NCBI RefSeq assembly: GCF_003966335.1
Contig: NZ_CP034549.1
Span: forward strand, 1,410,001-1,442,000
Length of the DNA: 32,000 nucleotides
Origin: Nonlabens ponticola
GTDB taxonomy: Bacteria; Bacteroidota; Bacteroidia; Flavobacteriales; Flavobacteriaceae
Direction of reading: 5' to 3'
Shown: one piece after another, positions 18,395 through 27,309 of the stretch
How the letters are laid out: every line of letters starts with the position of its first letter
Numbering within the stretch: the first letter of the stretch is position 1
Program-made: the position numbers and the translations under genes
Notes under the pieces: generated by a model
Seen by the model: the letters and a program-made list of their open reading frames with translations, nothing else
Told to the model about the DNA's origin: nothing
The model's database searches: none

Positions 18395-19929
18395 TGATCC
18401 AGTTGTCCCCATATACTACAGCAACAGGTGTAGAATTACTTTATACAGGCAGTCCAGATGTGAAAATGTTGGATCAATTAGCTGATGGTCCAGGTGACAT
18501 CTGGCATTCTGGGTTACAACAAGGCCTAGCAAATGCTTTTCCCGAATTAAAATATCAGGCTGCAACTTTTTGGTGGTATATCAATGATTTTCCTAATAAT
18601 GATCAAGTGATCTCCTGGCGATTTCCGCTGGACAGCTTTGTCATACGCAAAAATGTTTGGAATCAAACTCAAGGAATTGATTCAGATTACGATGATGAGT
18701 TAATTTCTGGTTTAGATTTTGGGTATAGATTATTGAGATACGCTGGAGCAACGATTTTGCATATTGATGGTTTATTTGATGCAGATTCAAAAAGCTCACA
18801 AATTTCAGACAAAGACCTCGTGAGATTCTACTTGAAGTTTTTCAAGAAAGATCACTTGTATTACATGATTTCTAGGCAATCCATAGGTAGAGCAGCTCAA
18901 ATAACGAGCTTGATGTTATCTCTCAAGAGCAAAGTGAAGCGATATCAAGAAGAACTCATAGAACCTAGAGAATTACAGGAAATCGCAGGTCAACCTACTG
19001 TAAGTTACATTATTCCAACTATGATGCGTCAGGAGATGACAGCTGCGTTGCTAGACGATCTTGCGGCACAAACTTATCCACCAACGCAGGTCATCATTAT
19101 AGATGCAACACCAGAAAGCGATCGAGTAGATGATATTTATGATAAGAGGCTTCCATTTGAATTAATAGTAGAATGGCAAACGACCAAAGGTAGCTGCCGT
19201 GCACGCAATGAAGCTTTGGAACACGTGACGAGTGACTATGTCATTTTTGGGGATGATGATATTAAGATCCAACCACAGTTTGTAGAAAACCACTTAAGAT
19301 TTCTACAAACCTATAAAGCAGATGCCTGCAACGGTTCAGATATCATGGCAGACCATGCTCAACAGGATTTAAGCGACTTGGCAAAAAAAGTAGGTCAATT
19401 AGACAAATCATTTTTTAGGACTGGCGTTTCTCAATCGTTTAATAACGCCAACTCTTGTGTGCGTCGTGAATGGATAGAAAAAATAGGTCCCAATGATGTT
19501 AATTATGATGGTGGCTATGGCGAGGACAGCGACTATGGTATTAGACTAGTCAAGAATGGTGCGGTGGTGCTATACAATCCGTTTTCCATCAATTTACATC
19601 TCAAGCCGCCCAAAGGTGGTTACCGTTTTTGGGGTGCGGAAAGTAAGAAGCTCGGAAAAGCGCGGAAAAAGCAACCATGGGAAGGCGATAGGCCTGTTCA
19701 AGATATCATACCTGTGCCAAGTCCGACAATTAATTATTTTAATATCAAGCACTTTACACCAGAGCAAAATCAAGAATACAAGCGTATTCATTTATTTAAA
19801 AAGTGGACCAAAAATGGTTTGGGTGGCATGTGGTATGCACTCAAAAATTCAAGTTATCAAAAAAAGCAATTTGCCGAGTCCATGATCTATGCAAGGGCCT
19901 TGCTTAAAAAAGGAGAGACCTACCGTTGA
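18394..19929 (+). CDS. Two-domain protein: ~190-aa N-terminal domain of unknown function plus C-terminal GT2 domain
   Basis: The GT2 block is VSYIIPTMMRQEMTAALLDDLAAQTYPPTQVIIIDATPESD with FGDDDIKI. I do not recognise the N-terminal part. Confidence 0.75.
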   Translation: MIQLSPYTTATGVELLYTGSPDVKMLDQLADGPGDIWHSGLQQGLANAFPELKYQAATFWWYINDFPNNDQVISWRFPLDSFVIRKNVWNQTQGIDSDYDDELISGLDFGYRLLRYAGATILHIDGLFDADSKSSQISDKDLVRFYLKFFKKDHLYYMISRQSIGRAAQITSLMLSLKSKVKRYQEELIEPRELQEIAGQPTVSYIIPTMMRQEMTAALLDDLAAQTYPPTQVIIIDATPESDRVDDIYDKRLPFELIVEWQTTKGSCRARNEALEHVTSDYVIFGDDDIKIQPQFVENHLRFLQTYKADACNGSDIMADHAQQDLSDLAKKVGQLDKSFFRTGVSQSFNNANSCVRREWIEKIGPNDVNYDGGYGEDSDYGIRLVKNGAVVLYNPFSINLHLKPPKGGYRFWGAESKKLGKARKKQPWEGDRPVQDIIPVPSPTINYFNIKHFTPEQNQEYKRIHLFKKWTKNGLGGMWYALKNSSYQKKQFAESMIYARALLKKGETYR

Positions 19930-20909
19930 AACTCGCACTCATCATATGCACCTACCAGCGGCCTGATGCCATCATGCGCTTGATGAAAACAGTGCAGAAT
20001 CAATCGGTAAAGCCTTATCAAATTCTAATTATTGATGGATCGCAGGATGATTTCACGGGATTACGCTTTCGCGAAAGCAAAATAGAAAACCTACATTATC
20101 ACAAAGTGCCAGAGGAACATCGCGGACTCACCAGACAGCGCAATTATGGCGTGCAAAGAGTTGATAAGGAAATTAATGTAGTTGCATTTCTAGATGATGA
20201 TGTCTTGCTGGAAGCCGACTATTTTGAGCAAATTCTTAATACGTACCATGAGCATCCTGATGCTCTCGCGGTCGGCGGCTATATTACCAATGAGGTTGAA
20301 TGGAATAAATCTACAGACGCTAACAGCGGCTTTTGTATGGATGGTTATTGCCGTAGCCTAGGCAGCAGGCATAAACTGCGCAACAAGCTAGGACTTGCTC
20401 CAGATGTTCCACCAGGACACATGCCTGCATTTGGTCATGGCTATTCCGTAAGCTTTTTACCACCATCGGGCAAAACATATCCAGTCCAGCAATTAATGGG
20501 TGGCGTGGCAAGTTACCGGGCAAGTGTCTTCAAGAATCATATATTCTCATCTTACTTTGAAGGTTACGGTCTTTATGAGGATGCAGATTTTAGTTTACGA
20601 TTGGCCAGAACAGGTAAGCTATACATCAATACTGCTGCGAGACTAGAGCATCACCATGACCCTAGTGGCAGGCCTAATTATTACAAGTATGGCAAGATGG
20701 TGGTGCGCAATGGCTGGTATGTATGGCACGTTGTGAATCCGCAACCTACACTCAAGGCAATTTTAAAGTGGTATGCCATCACAAAATTGCTCATTGCCAT
20801 CCGTTTGAGTAATGTGATTACTGGACCAGATAGAAGTGCCGCTCTCAAAGAAAGTATTGGCCGTATCGCAGGATTATGCAGTTTACTATTTAATGCACCA
20901 CGCCCATGA
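19926..20909 (+). CDS. Family 2 glycosyltransferase
   Basis: TTG start with a 4-nt overlap. LALIICTYQRPDAIMRLMKTVQNQSVKPYQILIIDGSQDD and AFLDDDVLL. Confidence 0.85.
   Translation: MKLALIICTYQRPDAIMRLMKTVQNQSVKPYQILIIDGSQDDFTGLRFRESKIENLHYHKVPEEHRGLTRQRNYGVQRVDKEINVVAFLDDDVLLEADYFEQILNTYHEHPDALAVGGYITNEVEWNKSTDANSGFCMDGYCRSLGSRHKLRNKLGLAPDVPPGHMPAFGHGYSVSFLPPSGKTYPVQQLMGGVASYRASVFKNHIFSSYFEGYGLYEDADFSLRLARTGKLYINTAARLEHHHDPSGRPNYYKYGKMVVRNGWYVWHVVNPQPTLKAILKWYAITKLLIAIRLSNVITGPDRSAALKESIGRIAGLCSLLFNAPRP
20065..20078. repeat. Iterated palindrome copy 6, exact
   Basis: ggattac[core]aaaata. It lies in the GT2 gene 19926..20909 and is read as RFRES. Confidence 0.98.
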
Positions 20910-22036
20910 AATTACTCGTGATTTCTGATGCGCATATTGTAAAGCGTGATGGTCTCAAAGCTGCTTATGCGCCATATGTCAAAGAGATGGATCTCTGGAT
21001 GAAACATGTGGATGAAGTCACGATCATCGCACCTGGAAACGAGCCCAAGAAATTATTAGCTCAGCCATTTAAGCGTCAAGATTTTGGCCATATTTCATTG
21101 CGCAGATTGGAATTTCATAGGTTAATGTCCATCATACTTTCTATTTTGTCACTGCCTTATCAAGCGATCGTATTGTATCGCAAGATGCGCAGCGCAGATC
21201 ACATACACATGCGTGCACCAGGCAACCTTACCTTGTTGGCTGGGCTGGTTCAGATTTTGCTTCCACGTAAGGATAAATCCATTAAGTATGCAGGAAATTT
21301 TGATCCTGATGCTAACCAACCATTTGCTTACAGGTGGCAACGCAAATTATTTTCCAGCACTAGATGGACTAAAAATACAGCCATCATGGCTTACGGTAGC
21401 TGGCCTGGTTCATCAAGTAATGTCAAAGAGTTTTTTACCGCGACCTATTTAAATAAAGATCGAGCTATAGTTGATAGGAAATTATCAGTACCCATCAAGC
21501 TATTGTTCGTTGGGACGCTTACAAAAAATAAACGGCCTGAAACCTTGTTGCAGTTGCAAGAACAACTAAGTCAAGATAACATTGAATGCGAGGTGCATTT
21601 CTATGGCGATGGACCTCTAAGATTGGAACTTCAAGAAAAGGCTGACGCTAAAACTACTTTCTTGCACGGCAATCAACCTAGCGAGAAAGTGAAAGAAGCC
21701 TATAAGAATGCAGACTTTTTGGTACTGAATTCTCAAAGTGAAGGCTGGCCTAAAGTAGTTGCCGAAGCCATGTGGCACGGTTGCATACCTATCGCCAGTC
21801 CGGTAAGCTGTGTGCCGTGGATGTTAAATCGCGACCAGCAACATCTAGGTTTACCAGATCCATCTACCGCTCGTGGAATTATTTGCGAGAGCCTCGATCA
21901 AGTAGTAAAGGGGATTTTGTTTTTGATAGAACATCCACAAGATTACCATCAAATCTCAATTAACGCTCAAAATTGGTCGCAACAATACACCATGGAAACT
22001 TTTGAAGCTGCTATAGCCGCGTTATTGAAAGAATAA
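20906..22036 (+). CDS. GT-B (GT4-like) glycosyltransferase
   Basis: C-terminal SEGWPKVVAEAMWHGCIPIASPVSCVPWML (EX7E-like). It has an ATGA overlap and is the last gene of the plus-strand run. Confidence 0.75.
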   Translation: MKLLVISDAHIVKRDGLKAAYAPYVKEMDLWMKHVDEVTIIAPGNEPKKLLAQPFKRQDFGHISLRRLEFHRLMSIILSILSLPYQAIVLYRKMRSADHIHMRAPGNLTLLAGLVQILLPRKDKSIKYAGNFDPDANQPFAYRWQRKLFSSTRWTKNTAIMAYGSWPGSSSNVKEFFTATYLNKDRAIVDRKLSVPIKLLFVGTLTKNKRPETLLQLQEQLSQDNIECEVHFYGDGPLRLELQEKADAKTTFLHGNQPSEKVKEAYKNADFLVLNSQSEGWPKVVAEAMWHGCIPIASPVSCVPWMLNRDQQHLGLPDPSTARGIICESLDQVVKGILFLIEHPQDYHQISINAQNWSQQYTMETFEAAIAALLKE

Positions 22037-22154
22037 GATCAAAACGACAAATTTTAATCTACAGATAAAGGTGGCAAAATAATCTTGATTAAAATCATCA
22101 ATTATTAGTCTAGTTTAAACTGAAAACTGCGACCAAAAATTCTTAACTCAAATA

Positions 22155-22844
22155 TCACCTATTTCTCACATCACTCTCGATCACACCATCACGCAATCTG
22201 ATAACTCTGTGGGCATGTTCTGCAATGTCTTCCTCGTGAGTTACTAGAATTACAGTATTACCATCTGCATGGATTTTATCAAAAAGTGCCATGATCTCGA
22301 CGCCAGTTTTGGAATCAAGGTTACCAGTAGGCTCATCTGCCAGAATAATGGATGGATTGTTGACTAATGCTCGACCTACTGCCACGCGTTGACGTTGACC
22401 ACCAGAAAGCTGGTTGGGTTTGTGATCCATACGATCTGCCAGGCCAACGCTGGTAAGTACATCGCTGGCGCGATCCATGCGATCCCTTTTGGATTTGCCG
22501 GCATAGATCATGGGTAATGCCACATTGTCAAGGGCTGTTGTACGTGGTAATAAGTTAAACGTCTGGAATACAAAACCAATCTCGGTGTTGCGTATATCGG
22601 CTAGCTGGTCATCGCTCAAACTGGAAACATCAGTACCATTTAATCGATACGTCCCAGAAGTGGCAGTATCCAGACAACCCAATAGATTCATAAATGTCGA
22701 TTTACCAGAACCTGATGGTCCCATAAAAGCTACATAATCGCCACGTTTGATGTCAAGATCAATGCCTTTAAGTACTTTGACCTCTTCCTGGCCTAGCTTG
22801 AAATTACGTACGATATTGCGTACCTCGATCACATTTTCACTCAT
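22155..22844 (-). CDS. MacB/LolD/FtsE-type ABC transporter ATP-binding protein (no adjacent permease)
   Basis: Walker [10 protein letters not shown], signature [15 protein letters not shown], Walker [14 protein letters not shown]-loop LVTHE. Confidence 0.9.
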   Translation of the reverse strand: MSENVIEVRNIVRNFKLGQEEVKVLKGIDLDIKRGDYVAFMGPSGSGKSTFMNLLGCLDTATSGTYRLNGTDVSSLSDDQLADIRNTEIGFVFQTFNLLPRTTALDNVALPMIYAGKSKRDRMDRASDVLTSVGLADRMDHKPNQLSGGQRQRVAVGRALVNNPSIILADEPTGNLDSKTGVEIMALFDKIHADGNTVILVTHEEDIAEHAHRVIRLRDGVIESDVRNR

Positions 22845-22895
22845 GGGATGACTTATTGTTATGGATGTTCATAGGACGTTTAAAGATACGATCTG

Positions 22896-23720
22896 TTACA
22901 CATGGACGTGAAAAGTCTGCTGTCGCTGTTCCTTGCGCAAAAATATCAAGCCCCATTGAAACGTATCTATACACGCGGTCACTTTTGGATGGTTCTGCAA
23001 GGTTTTCCATGCTGTCGTCATACCAGTCGACCAATAAATATCATCGACAATCACGATGCTATCATCGTGCAGGTGCGGCAATAATCTCTCAAAATAATCA
23101 AGGGTAGCCGCACCATCATGGTGACCATCGATAAATACAAGATCATATTGGCTTTTCTGGTCAAGCTTATCGAGGAATACATCAAAAGTAGAACTGATCG
23201 ACGTGATGTTAGAGATTTTAAAATCATCCCAACGTTGTCGCGCATAATCCAGCACTGCTGGGCTCGCCTCAACTGTGGTTATATCAGAAGTTAGCGATAG
23301 GGCATGAGCAGTTACTCCTAACGAGGTGCCTAATTCAAGAGCGTTCTCGACATTGAGATAATCTGCAATACGAGCTAATAATTGAGTCCTGTAGTGGCTG
23401 CTGCAATTGACTTTGAGGATTTGTGAAGTGTTCCGCAGTGATTTGTTAAGCTTTTTACTACCTGCACCGTGGTCAGTGATTTGCAGCGTTGCTGGATGGC
23501 TTGTTATGCTTTCGCGAAAGCGTAATAGTTCATCTTTCACTGCAAGAGACGATCCTTGTTGCAAGCAATCCTTGTTGAAGGCATAGATAAATGGCGAGTG
23601 GATGCCATGAAGATGTATCGATTTAAACCGATGCGCTAGGTAGTATTTGATCTGATGCCACACGTGGCAAAAATAGGTGATGTGCACGCCAGAGCAAGAA
23701 ATCGGGCCATCAAAGAGCAT
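22896..23720 (-). CDS. Class I SAM-dependent (O-)methyltransferase
   Basis: Motif I ALELGTSLGVTAHAL and DLVFIDGHHDGAATLDYF are typical of the Methyltransf_24/OMT-3 type. The start is uncertain: ATG 23720, or GTG 23663 giving (M)WHQIKYYL. Confidence 0.75.
   Translation of the reverse strand: MLFDGPISCSGVHITYFCHVWHQIKYYLAHRFKSIHLHGIHSPFIYAFNKDCLQQGSSLAVKDELLRFRESITSHPATLQITDHGAGSKKLNKSLRNTSQILKVNCSSHYRTQLLARIADYLNVENALELGTSLGVTAHALSLTSDITTVEASPAVLDYARQRWDDFKISNITSISSTFDVFLDKLDQKSQYDLVFIDGHHDGAATLDYFERLLPHLHDDSIVIVDDIYWSTGMTTAWKTLQNHPKVTACIDTFQWGLIFLRKEQRQQTFHVHV
23508..23521. repeat. Iterated palindrome copy 7, exact
   Basis: ttgttat[core]gtaata. It lies in the minus-strand methyltransferase gene and is read as RFRES. 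Confidence 0.98.
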
Positions 23721-23753
23721 AGAAGAAGGAATGATTGTATTTTGCCATCACGC

Positions 23754-24815
23754 ATGAGAATAGTCCAACTTATCGACAGTTTACATCCTGGTGGTGCAGA
23801 GCGTATGGCGGTAAACATCGCTAACGAGCTTGCTGGTCGTGGCATAGCAAGTCACCTGATCGCTACCCGAGAAGAAGGCATTTTAAAGGACACATTAAGT
23901 CCCAAAGTCTCTTATTTGCATGCCAATCGTCAAGGTAAGGTAGGTATGAATGGTATCATGCGTATGAGGGCTTTCTTGAAGGAACAAAAGATCACGCATA
24001 TTCATGCGCATAGTAGTTCCTATCTAGTAGGTGGTATTTTAAAGTTGTTACTTCCTGAGGTTAAATTGATCTGGCATGATCATTATGGAGCTAGAGTTAA
24101 TAGCAAGGCGTCAGACTATAGAGGCCTGAGGTTTTTAAGCAGGCGATTTAATAGTATTATCGCCGTGAGCGAGCCTTTAAAAAAATGGTCACAGCGCGAA
24201 TTAAATTGCGATCAGGTATTTTATTTTGCCAATTTTGTCCAGTCGAACGATCTTAAGGGAAATTATAGAAAAACTGAAAGCGATGAGGTTGTCAAAATAG
24301 TTTGCCTGGCAAATTTGCGACCGGACAAGGATCATGAAAATTTGATTAGAGCCTTCAAGATTTGTGTTGAAAGCAATCAAAATATAGAATTATCGTTGAT
24401 AGGTAAAGTTGCGAACGATGATTATTCCAATAAAATTGAAGAGTTGATCAATGAGCTTGATCTTAATGAGCGCATTGTCATTCATGGTGAGCAAAATAAT
24501 ATACAACAATTGTTGCACGCTTATGACATTGCAATACTAAGTTCAAGATCTGAAGGCTTGCCCATTGCTTTATTGGAATATGGAGCTGCCGCACTACCGG
24601 TAGTTTGCACCGATGTAGGTCAGTGTAAAGACGTTCTCAATGATTGCGGCATAATAGTACCGTCTGAAAATTCCGAAGCTTTAAGCGTTGGATTGATGAC
24701 TCTAGTAGATAATCCAGATTTGAGAAAAACGCTCGCACATCAATTCATTGCTCAGGTATTGTCTAATCACGGCTCAGATTCTTATATCAGACAGTTGTTA
24801 CCTTTGTATCAGTAA
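23754..24815 (+). CDS. Family 4 (GT-B) glycosyltransferase
   Basis: The track ORF starts at 23655, but that extension overlaps the divergent methyltransferase. ATG 23754 gives MRIVQLIDSLHPGGAERMAVN, a typical GT4 N-terminus. EX7E region: SEGLPIALLEYGAAALPVVCTDVG. Confidence 0.85.
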   Translation: MRIVQLIDSLHPGGAERMAVNIANELAGRGIASHLIATREEGILKDTLSPKVSYLHANRQGKVGMNGIMRMRAFLKEQKITHIHAHSSSYLVGGILKLLLPEVKLIWHDHYGARVNSKASDYRGLRFLSRRFNSIIAVSEPLKKWSQRELNCDQVFYFANFVQSNDLKGNYRKTESDEVVKIVCLANLRPDKDHENLIRAFKICVESNQNIELSLIGKVANDDYSNKIEELINELDLNERIVIHGEQNNIQQLLHAYDIAILSSRSEGLPIALLEYGAAALPVVCTDVGQCKDVLNDCGIIVPSENSEALSVGLMTLVDNPDLRKTLAHQFIAQVLSNHGSDSYIRQLLPLYQ

Positions 24816-24821
24816 ACTGGC

Positions 24822-26231
24822 ATGATTAAATTAGAAAATCTTCCTTACCCTGTATTGATTTTAGGTCATTTGATCCTAGCAATATTGACCGTTACGATTC
24901 CTTTTTTAGGCTATGTAACTCTCTATGGTATGCTGGGTTATTTTCTAATAAGAATTATCTCTAATCAAGATCGAGGTAATGAGGCACTGTTGGCAGCCTG
25001 TTATTTTGCGTCTTACGAGGTGCTTCTGCGCATGACTGATGTACTGTATTTCTATGAGATGATCAAATATCTGGTTCTCATATTTATGTTCATCGGCATC
25101 ATTTTTAAAGGGTTTAGCATCAAGTCTTTACCATACGTTATCTATCTGTTACTGATGGTTCCTAGTATCGTTGTCGCCTCTCAAAATATACCTCTAGGTG
25201 AAAGCCTGCGTAAAGCCGTGGCCTTTAACCTTACAGGTCCTTTTACCCTAGGTGTAGTAGCCATCTATTGTTACCAGCGGCGCATCATGGTCTCACAATT
25301 GGATGCGATACTTAAACTATCGGTAGGACCTATTGCGATGTTGACTATGCATTTGTTCCTAGTCACGCCTGATATTCAGGATGTCCTTACGGGAACTGGA
25401 TCTAACTTTGCAACCTCTGGAGGTTATGGTCCTAATCAGGTTTCTACGGCCTTAGGCATAGGCATGTTTTTATGTTTTGCAAGATTTTTACGAGTGCGCA
25501 ATTTCTGGTACAATTGTATTGATATCGTGTTGCTCATAGGTATGACCTATCGGGCTTGGGTTACATTTTCCCGTGGTGGTGTCTACACTGCGGCAATGAT
25601 GATAGGTGTCACCATTCTTGTACTGGCTTTATTTAATAGAAGTCAATTTAGATGGGCATTTTTGCCTAAGATCGCGGTTATGGTAATAGGTCTAGCGTTA
25701 ACATGGGGTTTCACATCACTGGTGACTGAAGGTTTGATCGACAAACGTTATGCTAACCAAGATGCAGCCGGCCGTGCCAAAGAAGATCTTTCTACTGGTA
25801 GAGGTGAGTTAGCCACACTGGAATTTCAAGCATTTATAGAGAATCCAATCGTGGGAATAGGCGCTGGTCAATCTAAATATTATCGTGCCCAGCGTACTGG
25901 TAGTCTCGCGGCCTCACATAATGAAACCAGTCGCTTACTTTCTGAACATGGAGTTATAGGTATTTTATCCATTTTGATTCTAGTTTTCACGCCATTGATC
26001 TATCGATTATCACATAGGCGTAATATCTATTTTTATGCATTTCTCATATTTTGGTTTGCAACGATCAATCATAGCGCGATGCGTATTGCCGCGCCTTCCT
26101 TTTTCTATGGTCTAGCGCTACTCAATGTCGTACCCGACAAGAAAAAGGTCAAGCGATCTTTAGGTAAATGGGCAAAATATCCTCGATTGCTGCAAATAAA
26201 ACGACAGCAGGAACAAAAGGCGCTGGCATGA
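24822..26231 (+). CDS. O-antigen ligase/polymerase family (Wzy_C-type) polytopic membrane protein
   Basis: At least 10 hydrophobic helices. It has a periplasmic-loop region with YRAWVTFSRGGVYTAAMM and SHNETSRLLSEHGVIG, characteristic of the WaaL/Wzy family. Confidence 0.8.
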   Translation: MIKLENLPYPVLILGHLILAILTVTIPFLGYVTLYGMLGYFLIRIISNQDRGNEALLAACYFASYEVLLRMTDVLYFYEMIKYLVLIFMFIGIIFKGFSIKSLPYVIYLLLMVPSIVVASQNIPLGESLRKAVAFNLTGPFTLGVVAIYCYQRRIMVSQLDAILKLSVGPIAMLTMHLFLVTPDIQDVLTGTGSNFATSGGYGPNQVSTALGIGMFLCFARFLRVRNFWYNCIDIVLLIGMTYRAWVTFSRGGVYTAAMMIGVTILVLALFNRSQFRWAFLPKIAVMVIGLALTWGFTSLVTEGLIDKRYANQDAAGRAKEDLSTGRGELATLEFQAFIENPIVGIGAGQSKYYRAQRTGSLAASHNETSRLLSEHGVIGILSILILVFTPLIYRLSHRRNIYFYAFLIFWFATINHSAMRIAAPSFFYGLALLNVVPDKKKVKRSLGKWAKYPRLLQIKRQQEQKALA

Positions 26232-26265
26232 GACAGATTCATCGTCACGTTCAATTCTACAGCCC

Positions 26266-27273
26266 ATGAATATTATTTACATAGGCAATAAGTTGCAGAA
26301 TAAAAATCGCACGGCAACAACGATCGATACGTTGGGTTCACGATTAGAAGCATTAGGTTTTAACATGAAGTATGCCTCTAGTAAATCCAACAAAATCTTA
26401 CGGCTGCTAGACATGATTAACACCGTTATTACTTATTCAAGATGGGCTGATAAGGTTTTAATTGATACGTATAGCACTCAAAACTTTTGGTATGCGATAA
26501 GTTTGGCTCGCATCTGTAGATTGTTGGGTATTCCTTACATTCCTATATTACATGGAGGCAATTTGCCAGCACGATTGCAATCGCAGCCTAAGATTTTCAA
26601 GAGGTTTTTAAACGCAGCACAGCATATAGTTTGTCCTAGTGCTTATCTAGAGCAAGCTTTCGCGAAAGCTAACTTCTCAAATATCAATGTCATACCTAAC
26701 AGCATTCAAGGTGAGCACTATACTTTTAACAAGCGAGAGTCTATAACTCCAAAATTATTGTGGGTGCGTTCACTAGCAGCGATCTACAATCCACAGATGG
26801 CAATACATGCCCTGAAATCCATTGCCGAAACATATCCCAACGCGAGCCTCACAATGGTAGGTCCAGATAAAGAGAACATGTTGCCAGAGTTGAGAAGACT
26901 GGCTAATGAGCACCATCTAGACATCACATTTACTGGTTTATTATCAATAGCTGAATGGATTGCATTGAGTGATGAACACGATATTTTTATCAACACCTCA
27001 CATTTTGATAATCTGCCTGTGAGTCTACTTGAAGCTATGGCATTAGGGTTACCTGTAATATCTACTGAGGTTGGTGGTATTCCCAACTTGATTGATCATG
27101 GTAAAAACGGCATACTTATAGCAGACGATGATGCTCAACAAATGGCTGATCAGATCAAATTGTTGATACAAGATCCTGCTAAAGCCGCTGCCCTATCAAT
27201 GAATGGCCGCTTGAAGGCCGAAAGCTATTTCTGGGAACAGGTTAAACAACAATGGTTCACCATATTGACATAA
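26266..27273 (+). CDS. Family 4 (GT-B) glycosyltransferase
   Basis: FDNLPVSLLEAMALGLPVISTEVGGIPNLIDHGKNGILI (EX7E). Confidence 0.85.
   Translation: MNIIYIGNKLQNKNRTATTIDTLGSRLEALGFNMKYASSKSNKILRLLDMINTVITYSRWADKVLIDTYSTQNFWYAISLARICRLLGIPYIPILHGGNLPARLQSQPKIFKRFLNAAQHIVCPSAYLEQAFAKANFSNINVIPNSIQGEHYTFNKRESITPKLLWVRSLAAIYNPQMAIHALKSIAETYPNASLTMVGPDKENMLPELRRLANEHHLDITFTGLLSIAEWIALSDEHDIFINTSHFDNLPVSLLEAMALGLPVISTEVGGIPNLIDHGKNGILIADDDAQQMADQIKLLIQDPAKAAALSMNGRLKAESYFWEQVKQQWFTILT
26656..26669. repeat. Iterated palindrome copy 8, exact
   Basis: gagcaa[core]taactt. It lies in the GT4 gene 26266..27273 and is read as AFAKA. Confidence 0.98.
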
Positions 27274-27280
27274 GAAACGA

Positions 27281-27288
27281 TATATTTA
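27281..27288 (+). promoter_or_regulatory. Candidate -7-like box TATATTTA upstream of the initiating sugar transferase
   Basis: It has the same 11-mer TATATTTACCG as at 291..301 and ends 21 nt before ATG 27310. Confidence 0.25.
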
Positions 27289-27309
27289 CCGTTGACAGAT
27301 TCCCCAAGT

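Noticed and set aside
22037-22154. A terminator between the convergent genes ending at 22036 (+) and 22155 (-).
   Set aside because: I saw only a trivial AT-rich palindrome, TGATTAAAATCA (22086..22097), with a 5-bp stem and 2-nt loop. No convincing GC-rich hairpin with a T-tract is present.
23655-23753. N-terminal extension of the GT4 ORF (MPHVAKIGDVHARARN...), which overlaps the methyltransferase gene.
   Set aside because: The extension is Arg-rich and non-homologous-looking. The canonical GT4 N-terminus begins at ATG 23754, and the overlap with the divergent gene is most simply explained as a promoter region.
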